The notes: generated from the letters alone by a model not told the origin. A stretch of DNA of 64,000 nucleotides from Psammoneis japonica (GCA_008632985.1 QPGO01000201.1:1-64000), one strand, 5' to 3'. Positions 1 to 12,870 are shown, counted from the first letter of the stretch. Program-made: numbers and translations.

Positions 1-81
1 CCATCTCATCCACTCTACTGCTGCTCCGTGCTCCGTTGCGAAGTCAAAGAGAATAAGTTGACAGTCAGTTGAAAAGACACG

Positions 82-639
82 ATGAAGATCTTCGGTACAC
101 TCGTGACGCTTTTTGTTCTTCCGTTTTGGGGCGCCACTGCCTTCACCGTTACCGCTCCAAAGGCGAAAACGTCAGCCCTTCGGGTCGGCTATTACGACTA
201 TGAATTAGACACGTACACGGACAGCCGCCTAAGGCATCTCGTAAGTCTGGCATGCATCTCTTGCTTCCTTATTCAATGGTCGGCCTCTTAACGAGCTTGG
301 TGTTTGTTTCCACCTTACCATAGAGAGATATGGAGCGACGCGTAGAGGGAACTTGAACGCGAAGAAGGATACGTTTGGGACGACGCGACAGGCTACGACT
401 ACGGAAACCAAGGCTATTACAACAACTACAGGTACAACCCAGATGGGCGTGGCTACTACGACCGCCACAGTGGATACGGGACGGATCGATACGGTGGAGG
501 ATACTTGGACGCTGGTTACGGAACCGACCATCGTTACCGCGGATATGTTGGTCGTTGGAGCGATTCCTCTTATTACTCGCCTTATGATGTCAATGCTCCT
601 CGTTGGTACGAGCAGAGTGGACAAAGGAGGGCGTATTAG
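82..639 (+). CDS. Small signal-peptide protein with a Gly/Tyr/Asp/Arg-rich low-complexity C-terminus (2 exons, approx. 82-240 and 346-639)
   Basis: Hydrophobic N-terminus MKIFGTLVTLFVLPFWGATA-FTV (ASAFAP-like). GTAAGT donor at 241, AG ending at 345. Exon 2 reads RELEREEGYVWDDATGYDYGNQGYYNNY...GQRRAY*. Acceptor choice uncertain. Confidence 0.55.
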
Positions 640-2629
640 CATTATCATTCATGGTTGATAACCGTTTAGGAGATGCATTTTTATGAACGTTTGTACCTCT
701 TTAGCTACTGTGGGATCCCAGCCACAGAATGAAAGATGTCACGTTTGCTTTGCACCGTCAAAACAGCGAATCATCATCAGATTTACAGAAGAACAGTAGC
801 TAGAACCACCAAGATCAACAAAAGATGAGCTGCAAGCAAGCTAGGAAAGTTAGAGGAGTCGATCATTTTCGTAGGACGAGTGGAGAACAGAGCGCTCCTT
901 GAAATCACCCACATGGCACGGTGTGCTGTAGACTGCAGAAAGGCAAGCTCTTGTTCAATTTTGGTCCCGCTTTGCTCCTTGAAAAAGGCAGCGGACAACG
1001 GCATCAAACATGTTTCGTTAGCTTTAGCAGTCTTTCCAGAGCACTGTAGCTGCTGCTAGAGAGAGAGAGAGTCCATGCGCAATGGGTAGACTCCGTCGCA
1101 AGAAAGCATGATGTCATTGTGAGAAGAAAGGATGCATTGTTTCTGGCATCGGGACGGGAAGAAGAGGAATCGGAGATGATTGGATTGCGTTTCTCTGCTC
1201 TTCCTTCATCTCTGCACAAAGTGAGTGACCCACCTCTTGATCAACTGTTGACCAGTCCCACCACTCTGCAACTTGCACTTTGGCACTCTAGAGAGAGGAG
1301 CAAACACAGGAAATTCTGGGTCACAGGTGGTCTCCAGACAAAGCAGCCAAACTGCTCCACAGTTTTTTTCTTGAGATTTTCTGCCAGGCCCTGCTGCCAA
1401 CTCATGAAACAGCAAAACAACCTTTTCCTGTTGTTGCCAACACTGGCAGAGAACATTTGAGATGTGAACTCTGCTTCTCTGTTGACGACAATGGTGTCAT
1501 CACAGTTCTTGATGCTCTCCCATGCATCTGCTGTTTGTTTTGCTGTTGGTTGTGTGCAACTCAGCTTTTCTTTGTTCACGCACCAGAGCACTTGTTGGCT
1601 GTGTGCAAGAGAGCAGGGAGTGCAGCCCAGTGCCAGCTGCCCTGTGCAAAACAACAGATGTTGGCCACCACCATCAAAAATCATGGCACACCCACCACTG
1701 ACAACACCCACTCTAAGATTGCAACCTTGTGGCATTCCAAGAAGCTGTCAAAAATGTCACAGGCCACCCCATCTCTGACATTGGCAGTTGGCCTCATCAG
1801 CTGTTGCCACTTGACTTGCTGGACACAACCCTGCTCAAACCGCAGGGGACATCATTGCTGTCATTCATGATGCACTGAGGAAAACCACCATCTCCAAACA
1901 ACATGACCAGCACCATGGCTGATGGTGTGAATGGCAGGCAGTCCACCCCAACAAGAAGTCTGCTGCACCCCAACATGCCACACACTGGCAAGCACATTGA
2001 GCTTGAAAATGCACACTTGCTTTGCACTCTCTGGCTTCTGTGTGTGCTGCCAGTTGCTTGCAGAAAGCACCCAAGTTGGTCTTGCCAGCTGACACCCCAC
2101 CACCAGACCTCCCCCACGGAGTGGACAGCTGTGAACAAATTGAGGTGCCAGCAGCATCTTGGCTGTCCTGGCATCCAACAACTTTGCCTTGCTTGCACCA
2201 ACTTGCCAAGGACATTCCTTCTACAGCTTGAGCCACCCCCCACCCCCCAGCTGATCCTGCACAGTGGGCAATGATGCACGCTGTCACTGACAACAAACCC
2301 ATGAGCCCCCTTCAGGATCACACCAATCTGAGGCCAGCAGAGCTTGGCTGTGGTTTTGTGCATGCCTTTGGCGGCTGTCCTGGCAAGCACACATGAACTG
2401 AGAATCAGCAGAGCAGCTTGCACTTGCTGGCTGTGAAGGCTTGCACTGGGCAAACATGAGCACTCCTCACACCCCCCAAGCTGAGCTTGCCTGCATGAGC
2501 ATGTGTTCTTGCAACAATGGCACACACATGCAATGGCTGACAGCCACTTGCTTTGCTGTGCAGAAGAACTCAAGCAGACCTGCCTCAAACATGGGCATGC
2601 TGTGTGGAACCCACAGACTCTGACACACA

Positions 2630-3880
2630 CCAAAGAACTTGAAAATGAAGAATGCCATTGGTTGGCACAATTAAACAGCAATCAAAAACAGGGCATTTTT
2701 GTGAAAAAGAGCCTTGAAACCGTTTGAAATTTTGTGTGATCATCATTGTTCCTGTGCTTTTTTTGATGCTGGCAAATTTGCCAAGTTGGTTCAATTTCAT
2801 GTGCCAAGAGTGAATTCTTTTGTTCAAATGCCCTTGCTTTTTGGTGGAGGCAGAGAGAGGAAAGCATTTTGCTGGGGTGTTGCAGGCTTTTTAGCACATG
2901 AGCAAGTTTTCACTGTGTCATTTGGTTTGTCACACTTTTTTCATTGGCATGTTTTCATTTCCAGGAACCAAGGGAGCACAGATCGCATTGTTCTTGTTTG
3001 TGTTTTTTTGCTCAAATTGGGCAGGTGCAGTTATCCCATGGAAATTAATCGAATTACCAGAAGGAGAATTTGCAGCACCAACAAATGATATTAATACGAC
3101 TGTAGCACTTGCTTTGTGACTTGCCTGCTGTTGGCTCTTTGGGAAATCATTGTGTTTGTGGCCTTGCATGGGAAGGGATGCAAGCCCCTGTGACAGTTGC
3201 AAGGACATCTGTGTGGCTGCGTGCACTTTCCTTTGTGGCAAACTTGCACATTTTTTTGTGCAAACTGCAGCACACAACTTCAAAATGTGCCACAACTTTC
3301 AAAATGTGCACCACATGGGTGTGCACAATGTCTCTGCAAGACTCACAGTGCCAACTCCACACACACAAAAGCCCAGATGTGCATTTTCAAAATGAGCCAC
3401 AAAATTTTCAAAGTGCACATCTGGGTTTTTCATTGCACAGATTGCTGGCACAACCCCACGCGGCATCTGAGTTGAGACATTTTTTAAAAATTTCACCTGG
3501 GTGTTCAGGCATTTTTTTTGTGGGCACACATTTTGTGCGTGTGAAAAGCATGTGGGCTGGTGTGATGATTCATGCCAACAACAACCCAACCAGGTTGCAA
3601 ATGCAGTGGTTTTCCACAGAGCTTTTGTGCAGGTTCTTCCAGCAAAAAGGTTTGGACAACAATTTTTTAAAAAAATGCGCTGAAGCAGCTCCGCTTCTTC
3701 TGCCAGCTGATGCTCCACCAGAAGACATTGCAAAACCCTCATCACCAAGTTTCCAATTGCTTGGAATTTTTTCCAGCAAGTTGACAATTTCTTTGGTGAT
3801 TGGCGTTGTCAGCACAAACTTCAAATTTTTCAACTTTGGCCTCTGCACATGTTGCAGAAGATCTTGAATGAGTTGACATT
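2630..3880. other. Unclassified AT-richer insertion interrupting the copia integrase region
   Basis: Copia similarity is lost after ~2620 and resumes ~4150. The segment has A/T runs and repeated AAAATGTGC-like words (3270-3420) and contains the plastid fragment. No termini found. Confidence 0.35.
3012..3116 (+). pseudogene. atpI: Nuclear plastid DNA fragment (NUPT) of ATP synthase CF0 subunit IV/a
   Basis: Translates as [35 protein letters not shown], the conserved plastid AtpI segment. AT-rich plastid-like codons (TTA, GAA, AAT) and retained TpA. Confidence 0.9.
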
Positions 3881-6595
3881 GAAGTTGTGCAAATCTGCTG
3901 CTTCTGTCACAGCTGCTGGCTTGGCAACTGGTTTGGCTGCAACTCAACTCCTTTTTTGATCTGGGTCTTCAGAGTGCAACTCTGACAATGCCAGCCATGA
4001 CACCCCTGCATCTTTGGCAACTCAGCTGCTCCTGCTGTGGCATCCTTTGCTCCCAAAGATCCCATCTGTTTGGATTTGGTGGCAACTGTTGCAATGTCTT
4101 TTGTCCCATGTCTTGATGACTTGTTTGATGCACCGCTGCCCCACAGTGAGGGGCCACAAACCGTGCTTTGGTTTTGAGTTCTTTTGACTGTGATCCCACC
4201 ACACCATCAACCTGGATCTAGAGCAGGGAGCACACATCCCACAGTGGCAACCTGAGCTCAAACACAGCTGCTTGTTCTTGTCCATTGACTTTCATCATGT
4301 GACTGAAAATCAACCTGTGCTGTCCTGCGTGAAGGCTTCTCCTCTGCCCTCAACTCTGCAGGCCTGCCACAACTCTTCTTGGACCACAAGCAATGGCGAC
4401 CACATCCAATGCCAACTCAAGTCTATCACAGAGCCCACCATTTTGAATCTGTGTGCAAAACATGACATGACAAAACTTCTGGCTGAGGACAACTGGGAGA
4501 TGTTGGAAGATGGCGAGCTCATTCAACTGGGCATGTGTGAGAACCAACAAGGCATGTTTGGCCTGCCCACCCCTGCTCTGGTGCTGCAGTGTCCAACTGG
4601 TGAGTGTTGTTGCACCTCATTGAGAATGGCATGGAATGGGACAAGAAAGTTCCTTGCAGCATTTGTGGTGGAACCTCCCACTTAGGTTCTGTTAAGACAC
4701 TCAATCAAACCTGTGCCACACAATCAGCAGAATGACCAACAAACATCAGGGTGTTCTTTGCACTTGCAGCACCACTCAAGAGGCAGCAAACATGCTCATT
4801 GCACCACTGTCAGCAACACATTTGCAGAAACCCTGCCTCCCAAGTAAATCTTCTGCAGCATGCAAGCCAGCAAGGCATTTCAAAGCTGGTGGACCAATCA
4901 ACTTGGTCACCCCCTCTCCCATCACTGAGGACCAGCATGTGCTCCTGGCGGTGCTGCAAGCACTTGAAGAAGGTCGCCCAAAATCACCCAGGCTGAGGAG
5001 TGTGCACTCTGATTGTGTCATCTGCACTGGAAGTTTTCAATCTCAATCCTGCAGCACAGCACTGTGTGGTCAAGGGAAGAAGCACTTTTCTTGCAACAGG
5101 TCAATGACTCTGTCATTCCTGCTGACTCCAGTGAGACATGTCGCCGCATCTTGCACCTGTGACATCATGGACAAGAACATGGGAAGTGGGGACAACAAGA
5201 TCAAATGTCAGGGCTCACCTGAGCTTTTCCTTGGCTGTGATGTTGAGCAGACATGCAGCTGTGCCAGACTCCACAGCACATCCCATGCCAAATGAACTGT
5301 GCTGTGCCACCCACCGGCCAATGCCGGCAATGCTTCCCCTGCATCAAGCATCTCAACAAAACATCCACTCTTGTCAGTGCCATTGCCAACTGAGATGAGC
5401 TGTGTGGTTGCTGCTTGGGGGGATGACCCCAGTTTTGTGGTCACCAAGTTGAGCCAGTTTGTGTCTGACCCCCGCCAGGAGAGGCTCCGCACTTTGTGGC
5501 AGTGCAAGACATGTCCTGCAGCATCTCTGTGCAACCACTGCCAGGGTTTGGTCTCACCTGCTGGTGCATGGCTTCCAACAAGCACCCCCCATTTGCACCT
5601 CCACGATGGTTTCCCATGACAAAGTTGCTCAACCACTGCAGGCAGAATCTCGTCCCCCATGTGAGTGTGCTGGTGGCTGCAAAGACTCTGGCTGGGCAGC
5701 CCAACCACATCATTGTTGCATTTGAAAATGAGCGCAGTTTGTTGCAGAACATCAGATGCAGGCAAGATGGCATTGCATTTGCACTCCATTTTGGATGAAC
5801 TGTCTGTTCCACAGATGCAGCCTGCCCTCATCCACGAGAGCAACACCTGGGCCTCAAGTCTGCACAAGTGCCCCAACCCTGCTCAATGGACCTGCCATCA
5901 TGCCGACACACCACATGGGTGCCTTTTGCACTGAAAGACTGGGTCAAACAAGATCTGGTCAAACCAGACAGGATTTGGGCTGCTGCCAGCTGCAGTGACA
6001 CCCTTGTGCTCGGGCTTTGCACTGCTGCACCACCTCCAGCGTCACCCTTGTGCTCCAGCTCTGTTTTTGTCTCCCGTCATTTGGGTGCAGGCAGTTTTTT
6101 GTGCTGGGCATCACCGACTGCAGTGCACACATGTTGCAGCACCCAGGCAGCAGGTGGTGGTGTGGCAACAGCAAACCCCAGCACTCTGCACCAGCTGAAT
6201 GGCACTCCCATTCTCACATGCAGGAAGGAGTCTCGGTCAAAAACTGCCGCGCCGACATGTTTGCGAGCTTTCCCGTGCGGCCTGCGCTGTTCGGCTCACA
6301 CCCAAAATGGCCCGGCGCAGAAAAAACAACAGAGCAAGCATCATCGTACCGTGCACTCTGCATACGTATTGTTCTCTACGACGGCATGGGCATCATGCGG
6401 CAACAACACTCGCTGAACAAACTTCGAGGGCAATGGCGCAGTCGATCCGTCTTATTCACCCTTAATCTTCGTCGAACTTCTGAACAACGCCTAAAATCAG
6501 CAAAGTGCTTCGTTCTCATCACCACCAAGCCTCCTCTAGTCTTGCTGAAGTTTTGAGAGTAAGGCCTTCACGCACTCTACTCTTTCTTAAAAATC

Positions 6596-9061
6596 ATGAA
6601 GTCAACGAGCTCGCTCCTTTCTGCACTTCCTACTCCGGGCGAGACGTTACCCATAACGTCTAGCAGTTGTCTGCCTTCTCAACCCCGTCAATCCAAATCC
6701 TCAGTTTTGGATGTATCCAGGAGTGGTTCTTCCTCTTCAACAAGCAACAAGCCAGAAGTAAAGCATACTCCGGAGGGTAGAAGTAAGAAACAATTGAGTA
6801 AGTCAACGACTTCAAAGGAAAACAACAACAAATGGGGCTCCACACATTTAAACGGCAGAGCTAGTTTGATGCCTTCAAAGATTCAACCGAAGCAGCCTTC
6901 AGGAGGTCCTATGGTAGACCAATTTGTTTCTCCCGTCGCGGCTCGGGAGAATTTGTGGATCAACAAGATTGCTGCCAGCACGTCTCAATCTACGCCTTCG
7001 GAAACGAGCGAACCGGTGTGTCCCAGTCTAATGGATCTTCAGCGTGTGGCACCTGACCTTGCATCAGCTGTTGCTATTCAGAATTGTGTCGACGATTTGT
7101 TTGTACATGGAAATGAAATCTCACAAGATGCAAAGGGTCGCCTGCAACAAACAGCTGCTTCGATATCTTCGTTGGTGGCATCTGACTTACTTTCCGTCTC
7201 GGTACGTCATGGGTTGCCTCGCAAGGTGATTGCCAAAGGATTGCGACGATTCAAACGAAAAGAGATAGCACTGGAACCTCCAACATTGCGGCAACGAAAG
7301 CGCCGTCGACGTCTATCCATGGGTCAATTGCAATTCACCCAAGTCTCTGGAATACCAAACCTTGGTGGGCAGTCATGCTTTTTGAATTCAGTTCTTCAGG
7401 CTCTTGCGTCCTTGCCACCTTTTCTCGTTTACCTAGAACGAATCATTCAATTGCAATATCAAAACGAGGATTTGGACGAAACTCTCTCCAAAGGAACTGC
7501 AAGTAAAGACCACTTGTCGTTGTGCGAGTGCCTTTTGAAAAACTTGAGACACGTCAACGGAGCTGCCGCAGAACAGGTGGACCCAAGAGAAATTTTGTAC
7601 AGAATCAGCAAGAAACATGCACAGTTCAGACCCCGCCACGGTCGACTCGGGCGACTAAATGTCGGTACAGAACAGCAGGATGCGCAAGAGTTGCTTCAGG
7701 CACTGTTGGGAATGATTATTTTGGAAGCTGGGTTGGATTCATCGGCAGAACAGGTTGAGGGACCCTCAAGCGAGCACCGACTTGCTGTTGCCACACCTCT
7801 TGATTTCTCCCTAGAGGAATCAACCTGCAGCGATCAAACTGAAGACAGTGTCTTATCCTTGTCTTCGTTTCTTACTCGAATAGACTTGGAACAGAAGACT
7901 GCTTCCGCCAAGAAAAATGGCCGAGACGGCCCACTAAGCCAGGTACCGCAAGAAGAAGAAAAGAAGCTCGATGATTCAGAGCTCAGCACTGAATCGCACC
8001 AACCACCAGTCGTTTCTGCTCCTCCTCAACAAAAGCAGAACGACATTGTGCAACGAAACCTCTCAGCTTCCACGCTCAATATGCTAAAGACACTATCACC
8101 CATGACACCATCGCCCTTGAACGGGTGGATAGGGTCGACCTTGCAGTGCTGCACGTGCCATCATGTTAGCCCCATTCAGAACGCGCCGTTTCTAGATATT
8201 CCCATTGTTCCCACGTCGATTTCCAAGTACCTTTCCTCTGGAACTATTTCAAGGCCTTCGTCTTCTCCGTTTCCGGCTTGCTCACTGAATCAATGCCTCC
8301 GTGACTTTACCTCAGTAGAGCGCGTTGGCGATGTGGAATGTCGATCTTGCACCATTAAGCAAGAAACTTCGATGCTTGACGAGGAAATACTAATGCTTCG
8401 GGGCGCGGTCGATACCATCTCTGCGAGATTGCAGAAAAGCAATCGCGAGGAAGATCAAGTCAATGCCATGCGAGCTGAACTCGAGGCCGCCGTAGCCAGA
8501 TATGCTCGTTTATCTCAAATGGATCCAGACAGCGAATGTGATGTAAAGGAGATATTCGGCGACCAGGACGCATTGTACCTCGAAGACATTAGTGCTCTAG
8601 GCCTTCCGGACTCATCACGGAGCACGCTGGTCCGCGGCTACAAGAACAAGTGCTTGTTATTGACGCGGATGCCTTCGGTGTTGTGCTTACATGTGCAACG
8701 GCGTTATTACGACCCAGCTCGGAATTGCATGGCGAAGACGTTGCAACACATTGACTTTCCGGAATTTTTGGATCTTGGATTACATTGTGCCTATGGTTTC
8801 TCTGGTGGAAGGGGTTTGACTGGTCGGGGTGAGGCAAAGAACGAGCAAATCCAACGCAGACACAAGCCTATTCCGTACAAACTGATGAGTATCATTGAAC
8901 ATCGGGGCAATGCTCATGCTGGTCACTATCAGACCTACCGACGAGCACCGCCGAATGCAAGAAAAGAGTGGGTTCTCGTCTCAGACCTTTCCGTCACTCC
9001 ACTTCATTGGAACGAAGTGAAGAAATGCCAGGCTTACATGTTATTTTATGAAGCTATGTGA
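6596..9061 (+). CDS. Ubiquitin carboxyl-terminal hydrolase (peptidase C19/USP)
   Basis: 821-aa ORF with Cys box GIPNLGGQSCFLNSVLQAL, QQDAQELL, His box EHRGNAHAGHYQTYR and terminal AYMLFYE. Confidence 0.95.
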   Translation: MKSTSSLLSALPTPGETLPITSSSCLPSQPRQSKSSVLDVSRSGSSSSTSNKPEVKHTPEGRSKKQLSKSTTSKENNNKWGSTHLNGRASLMPSKIQPKQPSGGPMVDQFVSPVAARENLWINKIAASTSQSTPSETSEPVCPSLMDLQRVAPDLASAVAIQNCVDDLFVHGNEISQDAKGRLQQTAASISSLVASDLLSVSVRHGLPRKVIAKGLRRFKRKEIALEPPTLRQRKRRRRLSMGQLQFTQVSGIPNLGGQSCFLNSVLQALASLPPFLVYLERIIQLQYQNEDLDETLSKGTASKDHLSLCECLLKNLRHVNGAAAEQVDPREILYRISKKHAQFRPRHGRLGRLNVGTEQQDAQELLQALLGMIILEAGLDSSAEQVEGPSSEHRLAVATPLDFSLEESTCSDQTEDSVLSLSSFLTRIDLEQKTASAKKNGRDGPLSQVPQEEEKKLDDSELSTESHQPPVVSAPPQQKQNDIVQRNLSASTLNMLKTLSPMTPSPLNGWIGSTLQCCTCHHVSPIQNAPFLDIPIVPTSISKYLSSGTISRPSSSPFPACSLNQCLRDFTSVERVGDVECRSCTIKQETSMLDEEILMLRGAVDTISARLQKSNREEDQVNAMRAELEAAVARYARLSQMDPDSECDVKEIFGDQDALYLEDISALGLPDSSRSTLVRGYKNKCLLLTRMPSVLCLHVQRRYYDPARNCMAKTLQHIDFPEFLDLGLHCAYGFSGGRGLTGRGEAKNEQIQRRHKPIPYKLMSIIEHRGNAHAGHYQTYRRAPPNARKEWVLVSDLSVTPLHWNEVKKCQAYMLFYEAM

Positions 9062-9135
9062 AACCAATCACATTGTTGAAACTCTATAATAATTTTTAAA
9101 CATAAAGAGTACTTTTCCCCTTGTCGGCTTAAAAT

Positions 9136-11278
9136 TTACGGTATGCCCGACTCGACAAGCACAGGATTCCGTCGAAGCAAGAAGAAGGTCGTTTCCAAGG
9201 ACGAGCCATCAGTATCTACTAGCGCTGCCTGCATAAATGGGTAAAGACCCGACTTTGGGTCTTTGCGGTCTACAGAATTCGGAAAAGCCTCTACAAGGGG
9301 CTCAATGATTGCATGTTTCCACTCCTCTACTAAGAGATTGTCGTTGTCATCCAAGTTGTTGTCTGAGACACGCCTTCTTTCGAGCGCGTAGTGAAGTGGC
9401 AGCCTCGAGGTTTTATCGGGGACAGAGGCTGACGAAGGTGAACGTTCCAAAAGCAGTCGAGCCCATGATGCAGTATCGGCAGTGGACCCTGGACTTTGAT
9501 GCTTGTCGTACTCAACGGCAGCACCAGCACACGACACAGACGGAGCCATTAAAGCATAATGGAGAGGGAGTCTCCCCATTTCATCCCTCGAGCGTACCTG
9601 ATCGGGGTTCATCCACTCAAAAAGCCTAAGCAGTGGACTAGGTAGCATAGGACCCGGGACACGTGACAAAGAGGAAGCGGCATGAAGCAACATGTCTTTC
9701 TTGCTGACATTGTAGCTTCCTTTATGAGCCACCTTGACCACGTAGATGATTCTATCAAGCAAAGCACCAACAGCAATTCTTGCTTCTTGTGCTCGACTCC
9801 GATTCTCTGAGTGTCCTTCCATTAGCTGATCAACAGCCTCCTGGAGTAACTCTTGATAGAATTCATTCTGCTTTGCAGATTCATTGGGGATACCCTCGTT
9901 TCAAGTGGGTAGAAAGAGCGCATTTCAAAAAATCCTCGTCCACCCTCAATGTGTCTCATCCATTCCAAATCAACCGGTGTGTAACCTGATTTGTTTACTG
10001 TCCAAACTAATGGATGGGGATAATCTCCTACTTTAGGCATAGCGGCCACCGTGTGTTGCAGCACGAGTGATAAGACGTTGGTAGGCACCCCTACGGAGCA
10101 AGCCACGTGCAACGGAAGATCACCGAAATGATTTCTCTTTTGCACCATCTCGTGCTTATCATCAGCCTCCAACAATAGCTGGATTACAGGAAGGGCGTTG
10201 CCATAGTTTCGTAATGCTACATGAAGAGCCGTGCATTGCGTCGCCCTTGATTGTAACTGAGCAACGTTTGCTGGTAGTAAACACTTGGCGCACTCCAAAA
10301 TCCGTTCCATGCGCAAGGGGTCTTTCGTATTTCTCGGTTTTGTACGACGCGTATTTCTTCTTTCTTGGCTGTCTCTTGGGTGTAAGCTGAAGGAGGACCC
10401 CAACGAAAACAATCGAATGAGGGGCGACACCGCAAAGCGTGAGCTGCTGTCGCTCTCAAATGGGTGGATTATAGCAGGGCACATTTCGGTAATAACTCGA
10501 ATCGAGTCCAGCGAATGAAAAGGCCGACCTGAATGGACGCCCATTATGAGATGATCAATGGGAGAAAACCCGTCTTGATCGGGGCGAAGTATAGCCTTAT
10601 CGAATGTGTTCCCTGGAAGATTCATGTCGGCAAGAACAAGCCTTTGAAGCAACTGGGGAGTGCATTGCATGTTTCGAACGGCGCTGCGTAAAGGCGTGTG
10701 TCCTACAATCCCTTCGTTACATTGTATCTGCTCCGGACAAGCATTAAGAAGCTTCTCAACTACTTGTTGCATTTGATCGCTCGATTGATACTCGGAAAGG
10801 CATGCGATTCCAAGGGGAGTCGAATGTTGGATTGGTTGAAGGGATGCAGAAGTGCCGCAACTCGTTGGAGAAGATCCAACAGCATCAGAGGTTTTCCTCT
10901 CGCGCTTGACGGGAGGCACATCCTCTTCCTCTATAGACTGGGAACACGTTGGTCTTATTGGAACAGGGAACGCTTCATGTGGGTGAGACTGGCAACGTTC
11001 GTATACTTGATCCCACTGTCGCATCTTGCATAGTTCTATTAGTTTGTTCTTGGGGAGGCTGTGACTTGGCTGAACTGTAGAAAAGGACGTTTGGCTCCTT
11101 TGATAGGTGACCTCGAGACTGATTCATTCCGACGCGGACTGGGTGGGCTCCGTTTAGAGGGTGATTGGCTAGCTGCCGGTGGAGATGAAATACTGATGAA
11201 CGTCGGCGACCGTGCGTCACCTGTTCTCAAAGCAGACGAACGATAGCCTCCAAGCGATGAAACAGGCGAGATATTCAT
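9136..11278 (-). CDS. Ankyrin-repeat-like protein (three ORF pieces joined by two 1-nt homopolymer frameshifts)
   Basis: Motifs HTPLRSAV, CTALHVAL, GDLPLHVAC, GRLPLHYAL, SRLPLHYAL, GLYPFMQAA. Frames join if one base is added at the run at ~11052 and one at ~9893. Confidence 0.75.
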
Positions 11279-11769
11279 TTTTCACAGTTTCCAACTGAAT
11301 AAGAGCGTGCTGATCTGGGTGAGAGAGCCAATAACGTTCGTTACCCTTTTAACAACAGGGCATCAGCTTGTTGGATGTTATCAAAGAACAAATACGTCTA
11401 CAGGAGAAATCGCTTGTCACCCCGGTATCACTTCCTGTTCTTCAATTTGGTGCTTTTTTCGCAGTATCGAATTTATTGTACCGTTGAATCGCTAATTAGA
11501 TAATAACAGCAATGTATGAATGTTTGAGTCATAATTTATTCAAGTTTTTAGATGTTCATAAACTAGTATCACTTTTATTGACAAAAATTTCAAATTTTGA
11601 TTTAGTCGATCAAACTCGTATCGTGCGCGCAATACTTTGATGAGTCATCAACTCCACAAAGATACGAGATTGTTTGAAGCCGTAGTAGTTCGGGTTTAAT
11701 GTTAGGCTTGACACCGTGTTGTGGCATACAGGAGGTCAAAGAGCCACCCATACTGCTACTGTTATTGTA

Positions 11770-12870
11770 ATGAGGTTGGCGATACCGCTGACGACTTTCT
11801 TAACCACTGCCGCCGCATCGTCTAGCTCCGACGCGGCTCGTTTTCGCCCAGCAGCTGCCTTTGCTGTCGCTCGTCGCTCTCTCTCCATGTCTGCCAGCAG
11901 TGGAAGCCGCGAGGCTCTTTTAAATTGTCCCACCATCAAGCTGAGCGATGGCACTCAACACCCAGCTATTGGATTTGGAACTTACAAAGTAGGCTTCATA
12001 CCGGCGTCGGCTTCGTCGGCAGTAGCTTCTTCGTCACCGGCAAACAAGGTAGAGCGGACTGCTCAAGAATGTGTAGCGGATGCCCTTGACTGCGGGTACC
12101 GATTTCTGGAGTGTGCCGAGTTCTACGGAAACGAATCGGAAGTTGGAAAAGCAATCGCCGCGTCGAAAATTCCACGTTCTGAGTTGTTTCTTTGTTCCAA
12201 AGTGTGGACAACCACAATTGAACAAGGGCCGGAAGCGATTCGAAATCAGCTAGAAAAAACTCTGAAGGACTTGCAAACCGATTACGTTGATTTGTACTTG
12301 ATACATTGGCCTGTTCCAGGAAAGCACGTTGAGGCATACAAGACCTTGGAAGCCTTGCAAAAGGAAGGAAAAGTTAAAGGTATCGGCCTTTCAAATTACG
12401 CGGTTGAGGACTATTTAGAGCTCAAAGACAGTGGAATGGAAGTTGCCCCATTGGTGAATCAGATTGAAATCAATCCTTTCTTGTACCGCGAAAACACAAT
12501 CAAGGCTTTTGAAGCAGATGGAGTGGTTATGCAGAGTTATCGCAGTCTCCGTGATGGCAAAGCCTTCGACAACGAGACCATTGTGAAGATTGCCAAAGCT
12601 CATGACAAGACCCCGGCACAAGTACTGGGAAGGTGGTGTGTCCAACACGGTTTCGTCTATATCCCCAAAAGTGTCAAGAAGGAGCGCATGGTTGAAAACG
12701 CCCAAGTGTTTGATTTTGAGTTGACGCCTGAGGAAATGAAAGAGCTGGATAGTCTAACGACACCTGAAGCTTGTGAAACCTTTAAGGGCCTGTATCAAAA
12801 GTGCGTCAATCGCGACACATCGAAAGACGGAACCATGGACGGTGTGAAGTTGGACATTACACTAGACTAG
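11770..12870 (+). CDS. Aldo/keto reductase with N-terminal targeting extension
   Basis: IGFGTYK, YGNESEVG, LFLCSKVW, DLYLIHWP, IGLSNY, NQIEINP, IPKSVKKERM..N..VFDFEL. First ATG at 11770. Confidence 0.95.
   Translation: MRLAIPLTTFLTTAAASSSSDAARFRPAAAFAVARRSLSMSASSGSREALLNCPTIKLSDGTQHPAIGFGTYKVGFIPASASSAVASSSPANKVERTAQECVADALDCGYRFLECAEFYGNESEVGKAIAASKIPRSELFLCSKVWTTTIEQGPEAIRNQLEKTLKDLQTDYVDLYLIHWPVPGKHVEAYKTLEALQKEGKVKGIGLSNYAVEDYLELKDSGMEVAPLVNQIEINPFLYRENTIKAFEADGVVMQSYRSLRDGKAFDNETIVKIAKAHDKTPAQVLGRWCVQHGFVYIPKSVKKERMVENAQVFDFELTPEEMKELDSLTTPEACETFKGLYQKCVNRDTSKDGTMDGVKLDITLD

Larger units (their letters stand above)
1220..6170 (+). mobile_element. Degenerate Ty1/copia (CoDi-like) LTR retrotransposon, pol remnants
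   Basis: Fragments in copia order: GAG-pre-integrase-like QQHLGCPG (~2150), integrase-like TCLKHGHAV (~2580), RT QLGMCENQQGMFG, VSNTFAETLPPK, LQALEEGRPKSPRL, FVVTKLSQF (4500-5500), RNase H SDAGKMALHLHSILDELSVPQ...LIHESN and FALKDWVKQDLV (5750-5960). Many frameshifts; LTRs not identified; ends approximate. Confidence 0.85.

Noticed and set aside
783..1219. Possible minus-strand gene remnant with hydrophobic C-terminus next to the copia element
   Set aside because: Short broken frames, no recognisable motif or clear start.
6140..6350. Possible polypurine tract and 3' LTR of the copia element
   Set aside because: No matching 5' LTR or TSD could be found by eye.
1241..6465. Dozens of overlapping Cys/His-rich ORFs in all six frames (also in the other TA-poor blocks)
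   Set aside because: By-product of TpA loss, which removes TAA/TAG stops and Tyr codons and enriches TGY/CAY. Not metallothionein-like genes.
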